A DNA stretch of 63,839 nt, filler included, from Octopus bimaculoides (Eukaryota): assembly GCF_001194135.2 (NCBI RefSeq). It is 7 parts of 7 records of this genome, joined end to end, with 100 filler letters (N's around TTAATTAATTAA, not from the genome) between each part and the next. Parts side by side here need not be neighbours in the genome. Positions count along the whole stretch, not along the records: positions 29,267 to 39,395 come from NC_068982.1; positions 39,496 to 53,054 come from NC_068991.1; 5 more parts are not named here. One strand, given 5' to 3'. A program made the translations under genes and the position numbers. Positions 36,331 through 46,462 of the stretch are shown piece after piece (the first letter of the stretch is position 1; the number at the start of each line of letters is the position of its first letter). Under the pieces are notes generated by a model, which did not search any database, was not told the DNA's origin, and saw nothing but the letters and a program-made list of their open reading frames with translations.

Positions 36331-38105
36331 TAAAGCACGGACGTAGGGGGAAACGTAAAAAGGGTTATACTTAATCATGTGTTCATTCTCTAAAAACACT
36401 TAAGTGAAAACATTCAGATCATTGATCGTTTCGACATGTTCAGTCAACTTTACAAAAATTTCTAAGAGCAGTCATGTGACTATCCCCTAACAATGAAATA
36501 CTAATTTGAGCCACGAACTCCCCATGAAAGTAGTGCAAGCTTCAAACATTAGTCAGAAGCAAGGCAGCTGCAACAGAAGCCACGTCTTTCTATCTGAACT
36601 ATCTGAAAATCTGTGTAAACTGTGAAACTAGTTAAAGCTTTAAGCATTTTAATAAAACTATTTTAACTGTTCTTAATACATTTTCAACTTCTACTTTTCC
36701 CTATATTTCTACCCGTATGCAATAAAATAACGTTGCTTTATANNNNNNNNNNNNNNNNNNNNNNNNNNNNNNNNNNNNNNNNNNNNNNNNNNNNNNNNNN
36801 NNNNNNNNNNNNNNNNNNNNNNNNNNNNNNNNNNNNNNNNNNNNNNNNNNNNNNNNNNNNNNNNNNNNNNNNNNNNATTTTTAGTCTAAGGAATCAGCAC
36901 CAGGACTTATTTTTGTAAGCCTGATACTTATTCTATCGTTTTTTTTGCCGAACCGCTAAGTTACAGGGACGTAAACACACCAACATCGGTTGTCAAGTGA
37001 TGATGGTCGGAGGATAACCACATATACAAGGATTCACACACACGCACGCGCGCACGCACACACACACACACACATCTATACATATACGACGGGCATCTTT
37101 CAGTTTCCGCCTACCAAATCCACACACAAAACTTTGGTCGACTCGAGGCTAAAGTAGAAGATATTTACCCAAGGTGCCACGCGTGGAATGAACGTAGAAC
37201 CATGTGGTTCGGAAGCAGGCTCCTTACTACACAGTTAGTTTTGTATTTATCATCATTTATAATAGTTTGAAATTTTAGTACAAGGTCAAGAGTTTTAGGT
37301 GGACAGGAAAGTCGATTACACTGAACACCAGTACAGTACGGATACTTATTATGTCGACGCTGAGAAGATAAATGACAGAGCCGACCACGCCAGAATTTTA
37401 TCACAGAACAGAAAGACGGATGCAATGCTGCTAATCATTTTGCTCGGCGTTCTAACTATTCTTCTAGTTCGCCGCCTTATGATGCGTTATAATAAAAGCC
37501 ATTTTACATTAATCTGAAGGTTTTCTGTATACTTTTGTAGAATATAAATATATTATTCATAAACAGAATATTACTGACAGTGACTTCAAAGTTTTGACGA
37601 ACTAAGCCATCGTCAAATATAGCTGCCCGACACTTTGGAAATCTCAGTCAATAATATTCTTGTTTAAGAATAATACATTTACACACACGCGCGCGCAAAT
37701 GTATAAATATGTATGTATGTGTATAATATATTTCAATAACTTTTCTGTCGCGCTACATTCAAGAGGAGAGTCTAATTCGATTGGATGATATTCGTTTTTT
37801 GTTACAGTCCATATGTAGATAATTTCTCTAGCAATTAACTGGGCACACATGGCTTCTACAACTGAAACTCCTCAACGTTCATTTATAATAACAATGCAAA
37901 GATGATAGCCCTACTTCAGATATCACATATAGCGTTTTATTTATGGATATTCTGTGATAAATTATTGACAGATTGCTAAGAATTTGATGTAGTGACTATC
38001 ATTTGGGGTTTTTGTACCAAAGATACGTTAACCTTTTATACCATTGAGATTCTGCGGTTCTCTGAATGAAGCTATTATCATATCAGAGACCGTCTCCTGC
38101 TCTCG

Positions 38106-38106
<1 letters not shown>

Positions 38107-38176
<70 letters not shown>

Positions 38177-38217
38177 TGTGTGTGTATACATCCACAATAC
38201 ATACATAAACACATGCA

Positions 38218-38276
<59 letters not shown>

Positions 38277-38290
38277 ATATATATATATAG

Positions 38291-38358
<68 letters not shown>

Positions 38359-38360
38359 AT
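38107..38360. repeat. Compound microsatellite (TA)n(TG)n(TATC)n(TA)n
   Basis: Direct reading. Confidence 0.95.
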
Positions 38361-38830
38361 ACATACACACAAACACACACATACATACATTCACACATAT
38401 ACGCTTATATTTATAGAACCACCTTGACGCATTCATGAAAAATCCACAAAGCACGTAATATATACGCGTATACGTACACTATCCAGACGGCATCGCACAG
38501 ATACTCATACGACAATAACACGTGAACTTACATTCGAACACATGGGTACACACAATCATGCCTACTAGCTTGCAATTAATTTCCATTTTGATCTCATGCT
38601 TCTGATTATTTTTCACGTTCCATCACTTCCGTACATTTTATTCCCTGCATGGAATGAAACAGACGAAAGTGAACGTCTTCATTACTCACATATTCTACTT
38701 GCACTACACTTTTTCTGCACAAGTTTCTGAATAGGCGTTTATGCTCAAAAGATCAAAGACATTCTTAATTTTTTTTCCTCTGCGTATGGCGTTATTCGAA
38801 CAATTGATTTTAGTTTGTCGTTTTGTTCTT

Positions 38831-38896
38831 TTTATCACTGCTTTTGCATTTCTTTATCACTGCTTTTGCATTTCTTTATCACTGCTTTTGCATTTC
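38831..38896. repeat. 22-bp unit tttatcactgcttttgcatttc, three tandem copies
   Basis: Direct reading. Confidence 0.9.
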
Positions 38897-39495
38897 TGTG
38901 GGGTGTTTATACAAATGTTTGTATATAGATACACGCACGCATAGAGATACATACCTATATTGTCCTTTTGGCTATATATATATCTATATGTATGTATAAC
39001 ATTATGAATATATATAAAGATATATCCAAGCATATATATGTGTGTATGTCTGTGTGTGGGTGTGTGTAAATACGTATACACATCATCTATACACGCTGAT
39101 ACACATACAAATAATTATGTGGGTGTTTGTGTACGTGGATTTTATGTTTATAGATAGATATTCAAAGACTCCCGTATGACGATACTACCAAACAGTTCCT
39201 GTCATTGAAGCCGCCCGTTTACCTGAATATATAATGATTATAGTTTGTGTGTTCGGCAGATAGAACAAAGCGCATAAAGTCTGACAGCAAAAGATTTAAA
39301 AGTGTAATTAAACTACTTTAAATATATATATATATATATATTAAAAAAAAACTTTGCTTATTTAGGTTATATTGTGCACAAATATTAATCATGCANNNNN
39401 NNNNNNNNNNNNNNNNNNNNNNNNNNNNNNNNNNNNNNNTTAATTAATTAANNNNNNNNNNNNNNNNNNNNNNNNNNNNNNNNNNNNNNNNNNNN

Positions 39496-39800
39496 GGAGG
39501 TAGAGAGGGGAGGTAGAGAGGGGAGGTAGAGAGGGGAGGTAGAGAGAGGGGAGGAGTGAGGAGTAGAGAGAGAGGTGGAGAGGGAAAGATAGAGAGATAG
39601 ATGGAGAAAGAGAGTGAGAGAGGGGAGGATGGAGAGAGACAGAGAGGAATGGAGAAAGAGAGTGAAATAGAGAGGGGTGGAGAGGCTGAAAGAAAGGTGA
39701 AGAGAGAGAGGTGGAGAGGCAGACGTAGAAAAAGAAAGAGTAAAAGAGAGATGGAGAAAGTGAAAGATAAAAGGAGAAAGACAAAGATAAAGGAAAAATA
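39496..39800. repeat. Purine-rich (GA-rich) low-complexity tract
   Basis: Direct reading; explains the S/L/P-rich and E/R/K-rich ORFs in the track. Confidence 0.9.
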
Positions 39801-40492
39801 AATTACTGGGAAACTGCTGAGCGGATTTTCACCAAATTTGAAAGAAATATTTATTGTGTAAGTAGCTTGAAATGACAAAAATTTGGTTTGATTATCTTCA
39901 AAATTGGCAGACATGTGAATCAAAATATTTCAACTGGGCAGATATTTTGTGAAAGTATTTATTTGCAGCATGTTCTCAGCATAAGAATCTATTACCAGCA
40001 TGCAAAAACATGTATTATTTCATATATTAAAAGGCAAGTTGTCTGTGTGTTGTGTGAACCACTTCTACTCATACAATTTTCAACTGAGTTTCACCAAATT
40101 TGACATGTGTGCTCTCTTTGACTTAGGACACGTTTTCTTATAATTTAATTTTTTCCTCGAAATTCCACGCCCCTAACATAAATAGACTACTTTCAATTCG
40201 CCTAGGATTTGAACCCACCACATCTATGCAACAGTGTGCGTACAATTTTCAGCACACCTCTCCTGCCAGCAGCCACCACCATTCCATTCATTCGTCCTCT
40301 CGCCATCGAACGTTCGGTTTCTTCCTCACCTGCGGCTACACGCCGTCATCGCTGCCATGCGCCTACACGCCTTTGCTCATGCAGCCAGTATGACCTCGTA
40401 GCATGTGCCTTCCATGCTCGCTCACGGGTTCTTCTTTTTTGAAGAAAGAGAGAGAGTGAAAGGGGGGAAGGTAATATGATGAAGATTCTCAC

Positions 40493-40683
40493 CTGTCGTC
40501 CGTCATTATGATTGGTTCCTTTTGCAAACTAATAACACAGTGCTTCACAGACAAGTTCTCACAGCGAGCAAGCATACGTTCAATATTCTTTGTCCGTGAG
40601 TTGTTAATGCTGCGTCGAATGGATCGTGAGAGAAAGTGAGAAAGAATACTGACAGACCAGTGTTCAGGTAACAGTTGTAAAAC
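40493..40683 (-). CDS. TGFBRAP1: TGFBRAP1 exon, last one visible: VLQLLPEHWSVSILSHFLSRSIRRSINNSRTKNIERMLARCENLSVKHCVISLQKEPIIMTDD(R)
   Basis: Acceptor ctgtttcttttgcag, donor CAG|gtgaga; 191 nt, phase 0-2. Matches VLQMLPDTWSV...LARSENL, just before the C-terminal Vps39_2 zinc finger. Confidence 0.93.
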
Positions 40684-40829
40684 CTGCAAAAGAAACAGAG
40701 TGGAGGACTCTCCAATATATTAACCAATAAAATAAACACAATAGATAATTGTGAATGTAATCATCTTGAGGTGACTACCTATATGTTGGAGGGTTGATGC
40801 TGGTGCCATGTATAAAGCACATGTGCCAA

Positions 40830-41174
40830 TCATCATCGTCATTGTCATCGTTTAACATCCACCTTCCATGCTGGCATGGGTGGAACAGTTTGACAGGAGC
40901 TGGCCAGGCAAAAGCCTGCATCAGACTTCTGTGTCTGTTTTGGCAGGATTTTTACAGCTGGATGCCCTTCCCAATACCAACCATCTGGCAGAGTGGGTGC
41001 CACATAAAAAGCACCTAGTACAGTCTGTAAAGTGGTTGGCATTATAGGAAGAGTGTCCAGCAGTAGAAACCAAGTCAAATCAGATTGGAGTCTGGTGCAG
41101 CTTGCTAACTCTGGTCAAACCATCCAACCCATGCCAGCATGGAAAACAGACATTAAATGATGGTGATGATGATG
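40830..41174. mobile_element. Two RTE 3' tails in inverted orientation
   Basis: Minus-strand tail at about 40830-41000 and plus-strand tail at about 41015-41174, each ending in ccatgccagcatgg plus (GAT)n. Confidence 0.8.
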
Positions 41175-42473
41175 GACAGTTGTACACGTTCCATCTCTAG
41201 GACTAACTGAGGGACATTAATCTAGTGTGACTAAATACAGGAGAACTCAAACACAACCATGCCAGTTTAGAAAACTTATTTAAACAATGTCCTCACATAC
41301 ATGTGGCCACCCATTTCCCTAAACACACAAGCATGGGTCATATGTTATATCAAATAATCCAACTACAAGAATCACATACACTTTTCTCTCTTTTAAGCTA
41401 GGGTGGTCATGTATCACTTCTTTAGCAAGACACTTGTTCCTGTCCTGTCATACTTTTACTTCCTTCGATACTACACTTCACTCAGTTGATGGATCTTGTT
41501 TTGTGAGTAATTGGTGACCTCACTAGTACTGGTGCTATGCAAAAAGCATACAGTATCGTGTGTAAAGTGGCTGGCATTAGGAAGAACATCCATTAGTAGA
41601 AACCATGCCATAGTAGATAATGGAGCTTGGCATAGTCATCTGGCTTGTCAATTCCTGTCAATTCCAGCATGAAAAAAAGACCCTTTAAAAGATGATGGTG
41701 ATGATGTATGAACAGATCTTGACAAATATACAAATTTCAGTTAATGAACATACAATACACACACACACACACACATTTGAAATATAAACACAAACATATA
41801 CACACACTACTATATAATTACACATATGTGCCAATAAAGGTGACTCTATAAAGTTGACCAACCTTCCAGAGAAATCAGCCAAATTTAACTCATATATTGC
41901 CTTAAAGTGGACAAATTTGAGACAACAAAATTCTAGATATAAAAGTACTAGACAGAATATATTGGTTTCAAATTTTGGCACAAGGCCAACAATTTTGGGG
42001 GAAAAGGGTAAGTTTGATTATATTGACCTCAGTGTTCAACAGGTACTTATTCAATCAACCCCAAAAACAGAATTTGAACTCAGAATATAAAACAAATGAA
42101 ATGCTACTAAGCATTTTGCCCAGGGTGCTAACAATTCTGCCAGGTCACTGCCTTAATGTTAGATATGACATATTAGGAGAGAAAACAAGATGGTCATAGT
42201 GGGAACATTCGCTAAACAATGGAAGCAATATCAACACGAAGTAAATTTATGTATAAACATATGCTAATAGACACAGGCATGGCTGTGTGGTAAAAAGGTT
42301 GCTTCCCAACCACATGGTTCTGAATTCAATCTCACTGTGTAACACCTTGAACAAGTGTCTTCTACTACACCCTGAGGCTGACCAAAAAATTGTAAATGGA
42401 TCTAGTAGACGGAACCGTTGACTGAACACTATTCAATTTTTTTTTCTCCGTGTTTTTCTCCTTGTCTCTGTAT

Positions 42474-42510
42474 TCTTTCTGTTGAAGAGCGTAGCTCGAA
42501 ACGTCAAAGA
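42474..42510 (+). ncRNA. Minimal type-I hammerhead-ribozyme-like motif with a variant core, probably in a Penelope-derived end
   Basis: Stem I UCUUU/AAAGA; core CUGUUGA (consensus CUGANGA); stem II GAGC-GUA-GCUC; GAA; palindromic stem III ACGU; GUC triplet ending at 42505. Confidence 0.55.
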
Positions 42511-42614
42511 CTTTCCGTATTCCCGAGCATCATACTAATATATACTTTTGTTATTTACACCACCTGTCCTCGTCTGTTGTTATTATTTGTATATTCTCCC
42601 GTCATATATATATA

Positions 42615-42834
42615 CACAGGGTGTGGCAGAAGTAACATTTTTTGCATTTAATAACTTTTATAGTATATAAATATTTATTGAGTCATTTTTTATTGAACAG
42701 AAATTTGTTGCATTATTTAAGAAAACAAATAATAAACTAACAAAAAAAAATTGGATAAGTTTTAGGAAATAACAAAGAAACTCATTTAGAAAGTAGAAAA
42801 CTCAAATACAAAAGGGCGTTACTTCTGCCACACC

Positions 42835-42839
<5 letters not shown>
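42615..42839. mobile_element. Tc1/mariner-type MITE inserted in (TA)n
   Basis: Perfect 22-bp TIRs cacagggtgtggcagaagtaac / gttacttctgccacaccctgtg flanked by TA. Confidence 0.88.
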
Positions 42840-42882
<43 letters not shown>

Positions 42883-43381
42883 CAGAGATGTACTTGCATA
42901 CCAAGTGACTTGATCTGAGATTGCACGCTAAAACAAATTCAATGCAGCGTGGAAGGTGTTTATAAGCCATTTAAGAACACATGAAAACTGTTAGATTCAC
43001 TTCAACATTTAAATTTAATTTGTCAAAATATTTTCATCGCTTTGAAACCACGACTGACAAAATTCCATGCAGCATTTGAGAAAGAAACAGTTGATTCAGT
43101 TAGTTCACAGAATTTTGTCAGTGAACAGGTCACGGTTTCAAAGCAACAAAAATATTTTGACAAATTATGTATATATTTGTGTGTGTGCATGTGTCTGTGT
43201 TTGTTCCCCCACCATCACTTGACAACTGATGCTGGTGTGTTTAGGTCCCCATAACTTTGTGGTTCAGCAAAAGAGACTGACAGAATTAAGTATTAGGTTT
43301 ATAAAGAATAAGTCTTGGGATCAATTTCTCCAACTAAAAAACCCTTTAAGGCAGTGTTCCAGCATGGCCACAGTCAAATGG

Positions 43382-43490
43382 ATGAAAGAAGTAAAAATAT
43401 AAAAGAATGAAAGAAGTAAAAATATAAAAGAATGAAAGAAGTAAAAATATAAAAGAATGAAAGAAGTAAAAATATAAAAGAATGAAAGAA
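43382..43490. repeat. 25-bp unit tgaaagaagtaaaaatataaaagaa, four copies (expanded SINE tail)
   Basis: Direct reading; lies where the family A SINE tail ends. Confidence 0.85.
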
Positions 43491-43813
43491 TAACTATGGT
43501 GACCTAAGTAGTGCTGGTGCCATGAAAGAGCAGCCAGTACACTCTGCAAAATGATTGGCATTAGGAAGGGAATCCAGCCACAGAAACCGTGTCAAGAAAG
43601 ACATTGGAACACAACACAATTCTTGAACCTGTCATCCTGTTAAACTGTTGAACCCATACCAGTATGGAAGATGGAAGTTAATTGGTAATACACACACACA
43701 CACACACACATACACAAGGAAACATAATGACAAGTTATAAACCAGTAATTATTGGAACTATTTTGCATATCTATTAGATCTCCTAATTCTTCATCTATCA
43801 GTATAATACAGAC

Positions 43814-43886
43814 CTTTATAGAATCAAACTCGGCAACATTGCTGTTTAAAAGAGCAATTGCGGGCGGAATAAGGATGTCTCGTCTC
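43814..43886 (-). CDS. TGFBRAP1: TGFBRAP1 exon: RRDILIPPAIALLNSNVAEFDSIK
   Basis: Acceptor ttttactttcag, donor AAG|gtctgt; 73 nt, phase 2-0. Matches AVDLLNxxAxEFD and joins both neighbours in frame. Confidence 0.9.
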
Positions 43887-44429
43887 CTGAAAGTAAAAGA
43901 ACATTTCATTTATTTTGTCTCATTAACTGATGGCAGATTATTTCCTAATATTCTTCTGTAATCTTAACTCCTTTTTCATAGACTCTTTTCCAATTTTAGC
44001 TGAATTTCTTACCATATTACATCTATCTTTAAACCAGTGCTGCAAGCCCAAAACAATTAATTGCATTGTGGTTGCTAGAAGTAGCAGCCAAATTTTCTTT
44101 AAAAAGTTTGGCCACTACTGTCTTTAAAAAATGCTATTGAAGACAACATTAGATAAAGTAATATTGGTTTAAAATTTTGACACAAGGCCAGCAAGCTTGG
44201 GGGAAAGTGTAAGTAGTTGCATTGACCCCCAGTACTCAACTGGTACTTATTGAACTCAGAAGGTAAAGATGGACAAAATGCTGCTAAGCATTTTGCTCAG
44301 CATGCTAATAAGTCTACCAGTTCAGCACCTTTAGATAAAATAATATTAAATACATGTTACTTGAAAAAAAGTTATCAGTAGGATTGTCAAGGCTGGAATA
44401 TTTTGATCATAGGTCTGCTAGATCAAGCC

Positions 44430-44990
44430 CGATCTGGAGCTGCACCCAGTGTAAGCTTTGGACACACAAAAGGTGCAGCAACATCAGAGGAAGGTTAACA
44501 GAGAAACTAACTCTTGGATGTGGAAGGTACATAGGCATAATAAATTCTGAACATGTGTGGAAAATAGACTCCATCAACTGCCAGGGAAAAAGCTAGAGGG
44601 AGTAGATAGCTTCTGGTATCTAGGCAACTAGATTAGTAGTGGAGGTGGTTATTCAGAGAGCGAAGCTGTGAGAATAAGATTAGGTTGGGCAAAGCTTTGA
44701 GAGCTCCTACTCCTGCTGGTGACAAGGGGCCTCTCTCTCAGAGTGAAAGGCAGATTGTTTGATGCCTGTGTGTGAACAGCTATGCTGCATGACAGTGAAA
44801 CATGGGTTATAACAGCTGAGGACATGCGTAGGCTTGAGAGTAATGAAGACAGTATACTTCGCTGGATGTACAATGTCAGTGTACATGTTTAACAGAGTGT
44901 AAGCATCTTGAAAGAAAAGTTAGGCATAAGAGGAATCAAATGTGGTGTGCAAGAGAGACGACTGCATTGGTATAGTCATGTGATGGCTTT
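44430..44990 (+). mobile_element. RTE LINE fragment, same family as 21300; starts inside the PHD-like finger
   Basis: SCTQCKLWTHKRCSNIRGRL...VDSFWYLG...KGLSLRVKGRLFDACV. Confidence 0.88.
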
Positions 44991-45028
44991 CTGTATTATC
45001 TTAGCGATTAGTGGTGTCTAAAATAGTG

Positions 45029-45360
45029 TCTATCATAAGAGAGGTTTGAGAAGAAAGGAATAAAGGTATAAAGAAATAAATGTATAAAGGATTAAAGGTA
45101 TAAAAGTATAAAGGAATAAAGGTATAAAAGAATAAAGGTATAAAAGTAAAAAAGCATAGAGGAATAACAGAATAAAGATATAAAGGAATAAAGGTATAAA
45201 GGAATAAAGGTATAAAAGTATAAAGGAATAAAGAAATAAAATGATAAAGATATAAAAGTATAGAGGAATAAAGATATAAAGGAAGAAAGGTATAAAGGAA
45301 GAAAAGAATAATGGTATAAAATAATGTCTATCATAAGAGAGGTTCAGGAATAAAGGTATA
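45029..45360. repeat. Degenerate AAAGGAATAAAGGTATA-type tandem tract between two copies of tgtctatcataagagaggtt
   Basis: Direct reading. Confidence 0.8.
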
Positions 45361-45371
45361 AAAAAACTTAC

Positions 45372-45526
45372 TCATAGCTAGGATCAAGGTAAACACTAAG
45401 TAGAATGTGGAAGAGTTTCCTCTTGTAGACAGCATCTTTGGCATTGACCAGGCAATAATTCTCAGCAGCACCATAATCCTTCAGTTTGTGAACTAAAATC
45501 TTTAAGGCTTTATCATGTTCTTCCAG
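45372..45526 (-). CDS. TGFBRAP1: TGFBRAP1 exon: LEEHDKALKILVHKLKDYGAAENYCLVNAKDAVYKRKLFHILLSVYLDPSY(E)
   Basis: Acceptor tttccttttag, donor GA|gtaagt; 155 nt, phase 0-2. Matches the HEKALxILVHxLxDxxAAExYC region of the VPS39/TGFBRAP1 family. Not in the ORF track. Confidence 0.93.
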
Positions 45527-46350
45527 CTAAAAGGAAACCAGTAGTTGGCAAAGTTGTGAAAACTTTGGATTGACAGAAACATGCAACATATGCACTCATG
45601 AAAGCAAGAAAACCTATTCATTAGAACACACACACACACACACACACACATTCCTTATATATAAACAAGCATACACATGCACATATGTCCTCTTTAAGCA
45701 CGTATCCCAAACCACACATCCCTTACATACGAGCCATGAGGGAGCTTCTGTGTTGTCACTCAACCTGCAAAAAGTAGCAACCCAAGTCACCCTAAAATCG
45801 TACGCTAATATCTTTTTTTAAAAAAGGAAAGATAGGTAGGTTACGCAAGACAGTCACAATTGCAATAAACAAGAGTCACAATTGTAATGCTTCTGATCAC
45901 AAGATGGCTCAATTCTGGTTGATTCAGTGTTAAACAACATCACTTACACACTCATTAGCCCAAACAAACACACACACACACACACACACACACCTCGCAT
46001 ATACACTTTCGCATACACCCCCACACACTCACAAACAGATACATTCACACATGTTCACATACACATACCTGCACATACAAACACACACTCCCACAAGTAT
46101 ACTCTCACACATATACACACACTCACACACATACAATCTCACACGCTTTCTCACAACTATACTCATAACACACTCAGACACATGCACATATACACACACA
46201 CTCGACATGTACACTCTCTCTGTCTTTCTCTGTCTCACACATGTACACACATTCTTAAGATTTATGAAACACAATAATAATTGAAACAATGCCATGTAAA
46301 CCATGGGACATACCTTTCAGATAGATTCTGTTGTAACATTACGAACATAC

Positions 46351-46462
46351 CTTACCGTAGAGGATTGCACACTCTGCATGCATATTCATTTCTCTAGCTT
46401 TGCCTAGGATAAGTTGCACTCTATAGAGATCAGATACCTGGAGCAGATGTCTTAACTTTGAC
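46351..46462 (-). CDS. TGFBRAP1: TGFBRAP1 exon: SKLRHLLQVSDLYRVQLILGKAREMNMHAECAILYGK
   Basis: Acceptor ttgttggttgcag, donor AAG|gtatgt; 112 nt, phase 2-0. Matches KLRxLLQxSDLYRV...ExAILxGK. Confidence 0.93.

Noticed and set aside
38690-38726. 37-nt phase 2-0 candidate (NLCRKSVVQVEY) as the next TGFBRAP1 exon
   Set aside because: It lacks the second Cys of CxxC and the FVRYPNG motif, and lies across an artificial join.
39237-39281. Phase-2 acceptor giving RLYALCSICRTHKL* as the TGFBRAP1 terminal exon
   Set aside because: It has CxxC but stops before RYPNG and HxxC; probably chance.
43382-43490. Regular 22-25-bp tandem units (here and at 38831) as CRISPR-like arrays
   Set aside because: The units are contiguous with no unique spacers, there are no cas genes and the context is eukaryotic.
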